DNA of 50,296 nucleotides from Alphaproteobacteria bacterium. Its GTDB lineage: Bacteria; Pseudomonadota; Alphaproteobacteria; RF32; CAG-239. Shown piece by piece: positions 1 through 10,549 of the stretch. The stretch spans positions 1-50,296 of the forward strand of contig JAFVBT010000083.1 of assembly GCA_017479785.1 (NCBI GenBank), read 5' to 3'. The position numbers and the translations under genes were made by a program. Every line of letters starts with the position of its first letter. Position 1 is the first letter of the stretch. The notes beneath the pieces are model-generated. The model ran no database searches, was not told the origin of the DNA, and saw nothing but the letters and a program-made list of their open reading frames with translations.

Positions 1-1
1 A

Positions 2-2707
2 GAAAATATTACCGAAGATAACATCGACCAAGTTCGGAAAAATCACAAAACCTTAACTGAAAGAATGGCAAATATCACGCTGGATGATGAAACCATGCAA
101 ATGTTGGGAAATATCAGATTTCATGGTGAGAACGGGAATGTTCCGCAATTTATAAATCCGGAAACCAACGAAGAATCCGTTACCTGGCAGAAAGGATTTA
201 CAATTAAGCAGAACAGCCAATTAGAAACAATGGTTGATTTTGCGCGCAATAATACCATTATAGAAAATCTTGCCAGCGATGTAGAATCTTTAACAGATGA
301 AGATTTACGAACCGCCATGGCCAACAGAGTTAAAATTCAGGCATTTGCATGGGACGGTGCGGAAGAAAATGTTAAAGGCGCCATAGAAGATTACAAACGT
401 TATACAAATCCCGAATTTTTGGAAGCGTTCAAAACCCGGATGATGGATCCTAACAGGCCGTTAAATATTTCTGAGAAAGGATTTGACGCTGCCGTAAGAT
501 TATCGGTTAATGAGACAATGGGGGCAATTAACCGTATCAGTAAAATTTCCGGACCGAAAGATGATATGTTGAAACGGATTCATAAACCTATTGCAAAATA
601 TGATCCGAGAGCAAGCAGTCGTTTCGGTAATGATGGTGAATTTAAGGTTAATTGGCTTAAAACGGCAGGTTGGACTTTCGCCGCAAGTTTAGGCCAGAAA
701 TTGGCAACATACGGCGTGACATTGGGCGCGGTTAAAGCAGCCAGTGCATTGGGATTAACCAGCGCCACACCTGCGGTTGCCATGGCGGCAGCACTTCCTG
801 TTGTTGCGGGCGTGACTGCTATGGCAATGGCCGGTTTCGGTGCATATATGAATTATAAAAACTATAAGAAAGAGGCTCAAGCTGCCGGCAAAAAACCTGA
901 ATTTAAAGAATTTCTTACCAAACAGCCTTATGCCTCAACCAATATAGCTTCGGCTCTCGGTTTTGCGGCCGGTGCCTGCCTGATGACGGGTAATCTTGCG
1001 GCAGCAACGGCTCTGGGCGTCGGGTGTTTGGCTGCTGCCGGATACGGTACATATAAAGATGCCAAAGCTCATGGTTTATCAAAGGGCGATGCCATATGGC
1101 AAGCCGTTAAGAAAAGTTCTGCCATTGGGTTCGGCGGTATCGCCGGCAGTTATGTCGGTTCGTTATTGGGTATAACACCTGCTTCCGTACAAAAGGGCGG
1201 AAAAACACCTGATCAGGTGACCAAAGGACCGGATTCACACGATTACTCCGCAACGGAACGCGCACATGCCACCAACCGTTTGGATGATCCGCGATTTAGT
1301 GAATTCTTAAATAGATTCCATGTCGCACATGATTTGCAAGACAGTTCCGATCCGAATAAAGTGTCTGCTGATGTTGTGGCAAATTTGCGTGCAAGTATTG
1401 ATAATGCAATTCATGCAACCGGTGATGACAGATCATTCTTTACGGACGTTGCCGGCGATGCAAGACATCCTAATTATGTTGCCAATACGGATATGTTGGG
1501 ATATAAGTTCGAGCAATTGGCTTATTTGGCCCCGAATCCGGATACACAACTTGATCCTGCATTTGCTTCCGCACACCATTTGCCGCAAGGAACCACAATC
1601 GGTGAATATTTATCCTTTAAAGCGCCTGACGGATCTATGATGAACTATATGGATGCCTTAAGAGAAGTTGTAACCACCGGAAAATCATCCAATCCGCTCG
1701 GGTTCGCCGAGATGTTGGGTAAAATAGATAATACCGTCGGTGGACAAATTGATGATACTCCGGGCTTGAAAGGGATCTTGATTAATGATGCCGGTAAAGT
1801 GCCGTTCTTCGGTTCCGGACCGGAAGTTCAGCCTGTTCAGTCATTTAAGGCGGATGCTGATGTCGGATTTGATATCGGACATCATGAAACAGTTGTACCG
1901 GGTAAACAAGAACCTGATCTGACGATTCCTGGAGATAAGTTATGGGGCTTCGGGTATTGGGAACCTGTTAAGGGCTTGTACTCCGGTTTGAAAAAACGTG
2001 CCGGTGCCATTGCTGATAAAATAGTCGGTTTTAGAAGAACTCGGCCGCAAGCGATAATTCAGCCTGATCCTGCACCTGAACCGGTTGTTGAAAAGAAAAA
2101 AACTTATACGAAACCGATAGCTGAGATTAAGGAAATACCTGAAATCAAGAATATGCTGCAAGATGAATATAAGATTGTTTATGGTGTTGCTCCGTCACCA
2201 GTCAGCGAAGTAGAATATAAAAAGCTTGTTACGGCGGAATTTAAGGCTGATAAAGAAAACGGGACAACCAAAGCAAACAATTTTGCAGACTATCTTAAAG
2301 AGCGCAAGGCGGCGTATGGTGAAAGTTTAGTCAAGACGGCAAATCCGCTTGCCAAAGCCGAAGACTATCATCAAACTAAAGAGGGCAAAGAGGCAACGGC
2401 TAAAGTCAGACAGGAAATGTTTCAAACCAACTTATCGTTTAACGGCGAAGATTTGCCGCGCAATCAAATGACGTTGCAGAAGTTTACCAGATTCGCAACA
2501 TATGCTCTCAGCAATGGCGCGGACAGGGGTAATGTAACGGCGGCGCACGACAATTCAATTGCCGGTCAGAAGAAAGAGCGGTCGTCCGGCGGCAGATTTG
2601 ATGTCGGTACCGGCAAAGTCAGCGGTCAGACGACTAACGGCGGCAAGGGGGTTAAAGATGAGAAAAATGGCGCGTTACCGAATCCTAAGGGTAAGGAACG
2701 GGAATAA
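2..2707 (+). CDS. large hypothetical membrane-associated protein, probably N-terminally truncated by the window edge
   Basis: The reading frame is open from position 2. There is no stop before the first in-window ATG at 65 and no good SD in front of that ATG. Track ORF is 880 aa. Residues ~195-370 are Ala/Gly-rich hydrophobic helices (GxxxG/AxxxA-like). The C-terminal tail is Gly/Lys-rich. No family recognised. A hairpin terminator follows. Confidence 0.6.
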   Translation, partial: ENITEDNIDQVRKNHKTLTERMANITLDDETMQMLGNIRFHGENGNVPQFINPETNEESVTWQKGFTIKQNSQLETMVDFARNNTIIENLASDVESLTDEDLRTAMANRVKIQAFAWDGAEENVKGAIEDYKRYTNPEFLEAFKTRMMDPNRPLNISEKGFDAAVRLSVNETMGAINRISKISGPKDDMLKRIHKPIAKYDPRASSRFGNDGEFKVNWLKTAGWTFAASLGQKLATYGVTLGAVKAASALGLTSATPAVAMAAALPVVAGVTAMAMAGFGAYMNYKNYKKEAQAAGKKPEFKEFLTKQPYASTNIASALGFAAGACLMTGNLAAATALGVGCLAAAGYGTYKDAKAHGLSKGDAIWQAVKKSSAIGFGGIAGSYVGSLLGITPASVQKGGKTPDQVTKGPDSHDYSATERAHATNRLDDPRFSEFLNRFHVAHDLQDSSDPNKVSADVVANLRASIDNAIHATGDDRSFFTDVAGDARHPNYVANTDMLGYKFEQLAYLAPNPDTQLDPAFASAHHLPQGTTIGEYLSFKAPDGSMMNYMDALREVVTTGKSSNPLGFAEMLGKIDNTVGGQIDDTPGLKGILINDAGKVPFFGSGPEVQPVQSFKADADVGFDIGHHETVVPGKQEPDLTIPGDKLWGFGYWEPVKGLYSGLKKRAGAIADKIVGFRRTRPQAIIQPDPAPEPVVEKKKTYTKPIAEIKEIPEIKNMLQDEYKIVYGVAPSPVSEVEYKKLVTAEFKADKENGTTKANNFADYLKERKAAYGESLVKTANPLAKAEDYHQTKEGKEATAKVRQEMFQTNLSFNGEDLPRNQMTLQKFTRFATYALSNGADRGNVTAAHDNSIAGQKKERSSGGRFDVGTGKVSGQTTNGGKGVKDEKNGALPNPKGKERE

Positions 2708-2728
2708 TCCATAAGTTCAGAAAAAGAA

Positions 2729-2758
2729 AACACTCTTACTGCAAATAAGAGTGTTTTT
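2729..2758 (+). terminator. Rho-independent terminator
   Basis: Stem AACACTCTTA / TAAGAGTGTT with a 7-nt loop, followed by TTTTT. Confidence 0.6.
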
Positions 2759-2830
2759 ATATTTTTGAAAGAGGAAAACATCGGTAATACAGCTTAAAAT
2801 TCTGCATTGTGCCGATATGCCGAATTTATC

Positions 2831-2858
2831 TTGACAACGCGCAAAAATTAACTAAGTT
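2831..2858 (+). promoter_or_regulatory. candidate sigma70 promoter of eno
   Basis: TTGACA (2831-2836), 16-nt spacer, TAAGTT (2853-2858). Confidence 0.35.
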
Positions 2859-2886
2859 ATAGCCAACACTTAAAATATTTAAATAG

Positions 2887-4173
<1,287 letters not shown>

Positions 4174-4191
4174 TTTTCAATTCGTAAAAAA

Positions 4192-4237
4192 AGCCTCTGA
4201 TAAGCGTTTAAACAGCGTAAATCAGAGGCTTTTTCTC
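4192..4237 (+). terminator. Rho-independent terminator of eno
   Basis: AGCCTCTGAT ... ATCAGAGGCT stem followed by TTTTTCTC. Confidence 0.7.
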
Positions 4238-4323
4238 ATGCTGCAAATAAAAAAGCGAACTTTATAAAACACAAACCTTAATAAAACGTCAACAAACACG
4301 TGCATATTAAAAATAAAAAAAAC

Positions 4324-4352
4324 TTGACTAATGCTTTATCTAGTTCTAAAGT
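4324..4352 (+). promoter_or_regulatory. candidate sigma70 promoter of OMP gene
   Basis: TTGACT (4324-4329), 17-nt spacer, TAAAGT (4347-4352). Confidence 0.5.
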
Positions 4353-4410
4353 AGCGGTGTTACAATACGAAAGTATATTGTTGTTCAACATGTAATAAAG
4401 GAAAAAACTT

Positions 4411-5031
4411 ATGAAAAAATTTTTGTTATTAGCCGGTGTGGCTTGCTTATTGAGCGCTAATGCGCAAGCCGGTGTTTCTCAATACGTTTCCGGCAAGTTG
4501 TCTTATGACTTCAACAAAGTTAAAGCCAAATCCGGCGGCGAAGGCTTGGATAAAGTTGTTCACGCTAAATTGAACAAAGTTTTGGTTGGTTCTACCCACA
4601 TTGCATACGGTATTCGTGCCGGTTATGTTCGTGGCGAATTGGAATTAAACAATTCTCGTGACATTAAACGTAATCACGTTTATGACAATGATGGTTTCGG
4701 AATCGAACACTTCAGACTTTACAAACACTCTTTCATGGCAAATGCTTACTTTGATTATTTGACATGCACACCGTGGACACCGTATGTTGGTGCCGGTATA
4801 GGTGTTTCTTACTTGAAGGCTGATACAGGTGATTATGCTAAATCCGTTTATACTTTGGGTTGGCAAGTTATGGGTGGTATCACATATGATATCAACTCTC
4901 ACTGGACTTTGGACTTAGGTTATCGTTATGCTGACTTAGGTCGTGTTCGCGGTCACTTTGGTGAAGATTATGTTACCAAATTTGCTGCTCGCGATCATGA
5001 AATTATGTTCGGTGCAAGATACGAATTCTAA
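4411..5031 (+). CDS. small outer-membrane beta-barrel protein (OmpW/opacity-porin-like), paralog of 23613..24233
   Basis: Signal peptide MKKFLLLAGVACLLSANAQA. Alternating amphipathic strands. C-terminal ...GARYEF with terminal Phe. About 50% identical by eye to the second copy. Confidence 0.8.
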   Translation: MKKFLLLAGVACLLSANAQAGVSQYVSGKLSYDFNKVKAKSGGEGLDKVVHAKLNKVLVGSTHIAYGIRAGYVRGELELNNSRDIKRNHVYDNDGFGIEHFRLYKHSFMANAYFDYLTCTPWTPYVGAGIGVSYLKADTGDYAKSVYTLGWQVMGGITYDINSHWTLDLGYRYADLGRVRGHFGEDYVTKFAARDHEIMFGARYEF

Positions 5032-5055
5032 TTTTAAGAATTTATTTCTTATAAG

Positions 5056-5090
5056 AAAAAAAGAGGTGTTGATTAACACCTCTTTTTTTG
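5056..5090. terminator. bidirectional Rho-independent terminator between convergent genes
   Basis: A-run, then AAGAGGTGTT-GATT-AACACCTCTT, then T-run. Confidence 0.7.
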
Positions 5091-5091
5091 A

Positions 5092-5499
5092 TTAGCAATT
5101 TCCGGCACAATCATGCGACCAACAACGCCGAACCATATTGGCAAATTGCTTGCGCAAAGCCGGTGAACGCAAACGTTGTCCTTTTTGTTCTGCCTCAAAC
5201 AACTCTGTACAGTTCATCTGGCTTAAAATCCGCTCAACCTCTGCCGGATCTTTAATCAACTGGGCAGAAAGATTTTTGAGCTCCTTATCCTGCCTTTCCA
5301 GTTCAGAATCCAAGGTAGTAATGGCTTCTTCCAAAAATTCGCAGACTTCGTCCTCCAACTGGTCGCCATATTCCAGCAGAATATCCATAATGCCGTCGTA
5401 TAACTTTTCAAGCTTACGACGAGACATTTTACCGGGCGGAAGTTTGTAAAAATTTTCCAGCTCCAGATAAAGATTTGTAACATTCATATCCATAGGCAT
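5092..5499 (-). CDS. hypothetical acidic helical protein
   Basis: The track ORF 5092..5547 starts at a TTG. The first ATG is at 5499 (MPMDMNV...). Glu/Leu-rich helical sequence with a C-terminal CWSHDCAGNC. No family recognised. Confidence 0.5.
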   Translation of the reverse strand: MPMDMNVTNLYLELENFYKLPPGKMSRRKLEKLYDGIMDILLEYGDQLEDEVCEFLEEAITTLDSELERQDKELKNLSAQLIKDPAEVERILSQMNCTELFEAEQKGQRLRSPALRKQFANMVRRCWSHDCAGNC

Positions 5500-5573
5500 A
5501 ATTATTTTAGTGTAGTCCAAGTATATAAAATCAGTGCGAAAAAGCAAGAAAATTTATAAAAAAGGGGAATGCT

Positions 5574-6782
5574 TTATAAAATGCGACCGTTTTCTAACGG
5601 CAAAAATTGCGCCGAATCTTTGAGTAACGCAAAATTTTGCGGCTCAGTTGAGGTAATCCATGCCTGCAAATGCAGATTTTGTATTTTTTGCAACAGCGCA
5701 TCACGTTTTTGCTCGTCAAGATGAGTGGTAATTTCATCAAGAAGTATAACGGGCACAAAGCCTTTTTCCAAAATATGACACTTGGTTTGTGCCAGAATAA
5801 TACTGACCAAAAGAGCCTTTTGCTCGCCTGTTGAACATAAGTCCGCCGGCATGTTCTTTTTTTGGAAATAAACCTTAAAATCTGTGCGATTAACTCCGTC
5901 CGCACCATCGTTATATAAAATATTTGTCCGTTGCTTACGCAGATAATCGGCATAAAAATCTTCTGTTTGGAGAGCCGGTTCTGCATCAAGCCTTTGTTCA
6001 ATCATGCCCGACAGCTCCAGCCGAACATTCGGAAAAATATCGTCCGGTTCGTGAGCAATAAAAGTGTTCAATCGGGCAATTTGCTCGCGGCGCGCTGCGG
6101 CAATTGCCACACCGAAGGTGGCCATATCTGCCTCAACAGATTGCAACCATCTGTCATCTTGGCAACCTGACTTCAAAAGTTGTAACCATTGGCGATATAA
6201 GTGCTCAAAGTTGGCGCATCTTTTGGCATGTTCTATATCAAAGGCATAAACGAGGCGGTCCAAAAAACTGCGCCTCGGCTGAGGCCCTCCTTGAAAAATC
6301 CTGTCCATTTGCGGGGTAATCCATATAAGAGAGACATATTTTCCCAATTCCGTTTGTTGGGTAATTTTTTGCTGATTAATTTTAACGATTCGCCGATCAA
6401 ATCCATGCAAAGAATCGGTTTCCGCATCTTCTCGTATTATTTTTTGCAAAGCAGTGCCGATGGTAAATTCTTCATCATTTTTCAAAATATCGGCGGCAAT
6501 GTTCCAACTTTCGCCGGCTAAAATATTTGCTTCTTCACCATCGGGACGGATTCGTTTTATGTCTGCAAGTTTTGCACTGCGTAAACCGCGTCCCGGCGCC
6601 AAAAAAGACAGCGCTTCCAGAATGTTGGTTTTACCAGAGCCGTTTTCTCCTGTAATAATAATCGGGGCAATTTCGGCATTTACACGCAAATTCTTATAAT
6701 TTCTGAAATCAGTTAAAGTCAGGCGTTGAATGCCTGACTTTTGCTGTGTAATTGTGTGTAATTTTTCGGATAAGTCGTTCAA
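5574..6782 (-). CDS. recF: DNA replication and repair protein RecF
   Basis: Walker A GENGSGKTNILEA. SMC-like C-terminal region. Synteny dnaA-dnaN-recF. Start codon is TTG at 6782. Confidence 0.9.
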   Translation of the reverse strand: MNDLSEKLHTITQQKSGIQRLTLTDFRNYKNLRVNAEIAPIIITGENGSGKTNILEALSFLAPGRGLRSAKLADIKRIRPDGEEANILAGESWNIAADILKNDEEFTIGTALQKIIREDAETDSLHGFDRRIVKINQQKITQQTELGKYVSLIWITPQMDRIFQGGPQPRRSFLDRLVYAFDIEHAKRCANFEHLYRQWLQLLKSGCQDDRWLQSVEADMATFGVAIAAARREQIARLNTFIAHEPDDIFPNVRLELSGMIEQRLDAEPALQTEDFYADYLRKQRTNILYNDGADGVNRTDFKVYFQKKNMPADLCSTGEQKALLVSIILAQTKCHILEKGFVPVILLDEITTHLDEQKRDALLQKIQNLHLQAWITSTEPQNFALLKDSAQFLPLENGRIL

Positions 6783-6784
6783 CT

Positions 6785-7903
6785 TTAAACTCTCATCGGC
6801 ATCAGAACATAGATTGCACCGGAGTCGGAAGTATCATGAATAACCGAAGGTGACGAGCTGTCGCTGAAGCTGAATTCCGCCGTTTCGCCCTTAATTTCCG
6901 CCAAAATATCCAATAAATATCTGAAATTGTAACCGATTTCCAGCGATTCATTATCATAAACGGCTTCTATTTCCTCAATAGCACTTCCCAAATCCGGACT
7001 GGATGTTGTTAAAATGACGTGATTTTTATTGGCAATCATCTTTATGGCGCGTGTTCTTTCGGCAACCACAGAAACACGATCAACCGCTGTTGCCAACTCT
7101 TTAACATTTAATTGAAGAATCTTGTTATTGTTTGTCGGAATAACACGTTCATAGTCAGGGTATGTGCCGTCAATTAACTTTGAGGCCAATGTGATATCTT
7201 CCAATGAAAAGCGAACTTTGCTGTCAGATAAGGAAATCTGAACATTTTCTACATTTGTATCATCCAACAATTTGCGAATTTCACCGACTGTTTTGCGCGG
7301 CAAAATAACACCCTGCATTTTTTCCGCACCGTTCGGTAACGGCGTTTCCACACAAGCCAATCTGTGACCGTCTGTGGCAACAATGCGCAGAACTTTTGTT
7401 TCACCTTCATCTTTCGGGTGAATATACAGACCATTCAAATAATATCTGGTTTCTTCGGTAGAAGCCGCAAATTGTGTGCGATCAATAACATCTTTCAATT
7501 CTTCACATTTCATGGCAAAGCTTGTCGGCAAGCTGTCGGAAGAAATGACCGGAAAATCTTCCACACCGATTGTCGGTAAAGAGAACTTTGAACGACCGGA
7601 AACAATGGAAAGCTGTTCTTTTTCATCCGGATAAACAAGCTCAACATCGGCACCGTCCGATAACTTTCTGACAATATCATACATCATGTGTGCCGGAGCC
7701 GTAATTGCGCCATTTTCCAAAATTTTGGCATCAACAATTTCGGTAATTTCCGTATCCATATCCGTGGCCTTAAAGCTGATGCCGTTATTACCGGCCTCAA
7801 TTTTGACATTGGATAATACCGGAACAGTGTTTCTTCTTTCTACAATATTTTGAACATGTCCCAACGTTTTTAACAAAACGGATTTTTCAATAGCAAACTT
7901 CAT
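6785..7903 (-). CDS. dnaN: DNA polymerase III beta sliding clamp
   Basis: 372 aa. Typical N-terminus MKF.IEK..LLK.L..VQ.IVERRNT.PVLSNV. Lies directly downstream of dnaA. Confidence 0.95.
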   Translation of the reverse strand: MKFAIEKSVLLKTLGHVQNIVERRNTVPVLSNVKIEAGNNGISFKATDMDTEITEIVDAKILENGAITAPAHMMYDIVRKLSDGADVELVYPDEKEQLSIVSGRSKFSLPTIGVEDFPVISSDSLPTSFAMKCEELKDVIDRTQFAASTEETRYYLNGLYIHPKDEGETKVLRIVATDGHRLACVETPLPNGAEKMQGVILPRKTVGEIRKLLDDTNVENVQISLSDSKVRFSLEDITLASKLIDGTYPDYERVIPTNNNKILQLNVKELATAVDRVSVVAERTRAIKMIANKNHVILTTSSPDLGSAIEEIEAVYDNESLEIGYNFRYLLDILAEIKGETAEFSFSDSSSPSVIHDTSDSGAIYVLMPMRV

Positions 7904-7997
7904 TTTTTTTCTACCATATAATTAATTATTGTTGTCATCAAAATACCAAAAATTTGATGCAATAAGAAACTAAAAAAACGAGTCTTCAACAGCTTTT

Positions 7998-9431
7998 TTA
8001 GTTCTCTAATAAATGGCGTAAAGCATCAACGCTTTCTGCCATAGACGTGTCTTCAATAATAAGCTCTTCAACCTTGCGAACGGCATGCATAACCGTTGTG
8101 TGATCGCGATCAAATTTGCGTCCGATTTCCGGCAGAGAACGCGATGTGAGCTGCTTTGCCAAATACATGGCTATTTGGCGCGGACGAGCCACGTTGCGTG
8201 CACGGCGCGAAGATTGCATTTCTTTAACGGAAATATTAAAGTATTCGGCAACTTTTTTCTGAATTTCATCAATTGTTGTCTTACGATCAATTGAGCGCAA
8301 CATATCTTTTAAGACATCCTGTGTCATATCCAACGTGATTTCATGACCGGAGAGCAACATACAGTGTGCGGCGATTCGTTTTAATGAACCCTCCAATTCA
8401 CGTGTACTGGCCGTAATCTTTTGTGCCAGAAAAGTTGCAACGTTTTCAGGCAATGCAATACCGAGCTGTTCGGCTTTTTTATGCAAAATACCTAGGCGCA
8501 AATCAAAATCCGTCGGCATAATGTCGGCAACCAAACCGCTGTTTAAGCGTGATTTCAAGCGCGACTCAATGCCGTCTAAATCATTCGGTGATTTATCGGC
8601 AGACAGGATAATTTGCTTACCGCTTTCAATTAAAGACGTGAAAGTATAGAAGAATTCATCTTGTGTTTTTGTTTTGTTGGCCAAAAACTGAACGTCATCA
8701 ATCATCAAAACATCAACGGAGCGGAATTGTTCTTTGAATGCATCGGTATCTTTATAACGCAAAGCATTTACAAACTTGAGTAAAAATTGTTCCGCGGAAA
8801 TATAAACAACGGTGCGGGAAGGGTCGTTTTGCTTAATATATTGCGCAATGGCATGCATCAAGTGCGTTTTACCCAAACCAACGCCGGAATACAAAAACAG
8901 CGGATTAAACGGAATGTTTCTGGATTCGGCAACCTTGCGTGCGGCAGCATAAGCAAACTCATTGGTTTTGCCAACAACAAAATTATCAAAAGTGAAAGCA
9001 TTATTCAATTTAGAACCGAAATATGATTCGCTGTCGTTGCTATTGTTGGCAATGTTGCTGACGGCATATAAACTTTGCGGAGTTGGTGATGAAGGCACGC
9101 GTTTAATCAACGAACTGTCAATGTGTGTGTTATTTAAAGAAGCCCCGGCGGACACGTTTTGCACCACAAATTTAACTTGCTTGATATCCGGATTCTTTCT
9201 TTCCCAAATACGATGGATTCGTTCGGAATAGTGGGCAATAACCCAATTCTTCATAAACGTTGTCGGCGCGCAAATATTCATGACACCATTGTCAAACGAA
9301 CTGATGCTTAGAGGTTTTAACCAACTGTCAAATGCAGTGGCACCGAATTCCATCTTTAACTGATTGCAAATTTCATCCCATTGTTCATTAATGGATAATT
9401 CTTCATTTGTATATATTGCTTCTTCAGCCAT
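7998..9431 (-). CDS. dnaA: chromosomal replication initiator protein DnaA
   Basis: AAA+ Walker A GVGLGKTHLMHAI. Domain IV DHTTVMHAVRKVE. GAGGA SD upstream. Confidence 0.97.
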   Translation of the reverse strand: MAEEAIYTNEELSINEQWDEICNQLKMEFGATAFDSWLKPLSISSFDNGVMNICAPTTFMKNWVIAHYSERIHRIWERKNPDIKQVKFVVQNVSAGASLNNTHIDSSLIKRVPSSPTPQSLYAVSNIANNSNDSESYFGSKLNNAFTFDNFVVGKTNEFAYAAARKVAESRNIPFNPLFLYSGVGLGKTHLMHAIAQYIKQNDPSRTVVYISAEQFLLKFVNALRYKDTDAFKEQFRSVDVLMIDDVQFLANKTKTQDEFFYTFTSLIESGKQIILSADKSPNDLDGIESRLKSRLNSGLVADIMPTDFDLRLGILHKKAEQLGIALPENVATFLAQKITASTRELEGSLKRIAAHCMLLSGHEITLDMTQDVLKDMLRSIDRKTTIDEIQKKVAEYFNISVKEMQSSRRARNVARPRQIAMYLAKQLTSRSLPEIGRKFDRDHTTVMHAVRKVEELIIEDTSMAESVDALRHLLEN

Positions 9432-9791
9432 GTTCCTCGTCCATATTCTATTAAATTATCACACTCAAACAAACTACCGGCGCGCACCTTTGATATCAAT
9501 TTTTAATTGTGATTGGTTATTTTCGCGGTGGTAACAACACAATAGTTTGTTTCACTCAAATTCCAAACCTGATAAAAGGTTTGTTTTTTCACATCAGTGA
9601 GAACGTAAATAAATTGTTAACAGTAACAAACAAAAAATCAACAGAACAATTTAAGAACATTTAAATTAAATTTCTTGACAACGGATTTTCGCAGAGTCGC
9701 GGTAGAATCGGTGTTTTTAAACAAAAAAATGCACACCAAACCCCTAGCGGATTTAATCTGCATTTGATATAAATTTAAGTCTCTAATTTAA

Positions 9792-10052
9792 TTAAAGAGC
9801 TTTAATTTTTTGTGCTAAACGAGAAATAGTACGCGAAGCCGTATTCTTTTTGAAAATACCTTTCTGAGCTGCTCTCATCATTTCGCACTCAGCCGTTTTG
9901 AAAGCGTTTGCTGCGCCTTCCTTATCCTTAGCCGCAATTAATGCGTCAACGGCTTTCACAAAAGTTCTGACACGACTTCTGCGTGCACCGTTAATAACGG
10001 CACGTTTATTATTTCTTACTATTCTTGTTTTTGCCGATTTATGATTGGCCAT
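9792..10052 (-). CDS. rpsT: 30S ribosomal protein S20
   Basis: 86 aa, MANHKSAKTRIVRNNKRAVINGARRSRVRT... Confidence 0.95.
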   Translation of the reverse strand: MANHKSAKTRIVRNNKRAVINGARRSRVRTFVKAVDALIAAKDKEGAANAFKTAECEMMRAAQKGIFKKNTASRTISRLAQKIKAL

Positions 10053-10101
10053 ATTCTTTCTTCCTATTAAACTGTTAATACAAAAAACATTCTGGTGACT
10101 G

Positions 10102-10130
10102 TTATAACCACGTCAAAAGTATAAAGTCAA
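10102..10130 (-). promoter_or_regulatory. candidate sigma70 promoter of rpsT
   Basis: On the minus strand: TTGACT (10125-10130), 17-nt spacer, TTATAA (10102-10107). Confidence 0.4.
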
Positions 10131-10155
10131 CTAATTTTTTACTTATTTTTCATTT

Positions 10156-10539
10156 TTACGGTTTTGTTTTAACGGTTATGCGCACAATAAGCGGAGAAAC
10201 GGATTCTCTGACCAGTTCCAGAGTTTCGCCGTCACGATAAAACAACAAGTCGTTACCCCGATTCCCTTGATATATCCAGCCGAGTTGCGGCAACGATTCC
10301 CGATAAAAATCTCCGATTTTTGAAAAACGCATTTTTGTTTTTTTTGCACCGCGAATTTCGGTCAAATAAGCTTCCAATAAACGCGTTTCTTCATTGCCGA
10401 ACGAAAAATCATCTTGTGTGATTTGCGTCATACCCTCCGGCAGGGGTACATCGTCCATACCGTCAACAAACTGCGTCGCCTGTACCGATTTAACGGTTAA
10501 CAGCAGAGAAAAACATATTAAGGCAATAATTTTACGCAT
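10156..10539 (-). CDS. hypothetical secreted protein
   Basis: 127 aa with signal peptide MRKIIALICFSLLLTVKSVQA. No family recognised. Confidence 0.6.
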   Translation of the reverse strand: MRKIIALICFSLLLTVKSVQATQFVDGMDDVPLPEGMTQITQDDFSFGNEETRLLEAYLTEIRGAKKTKMRFSKIGDFYRESLPQLGWIYQGNRGNDLLFYRDGETLELVRESVSPLIVRITVKTKP

Positions 10540-10549
10540 AAAGCATCTC

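Noticed and set aside
9445-9472. TTGTTT-16-TAGAAT as the dnaA promoter (minus strand)
   Set aside because: The predicted start site would fall inside the dnaA SD, about 7 nt before the ATG. It is not a workable mRNA unless leaderless.
9675-9708. TTGACA ... TAGAAT as a plus-strand promoter in the dnaA/rpsT spacer
   Set aside because: The spacer between the hexamers is 22 nt, outside the functional 16-18 nt range.
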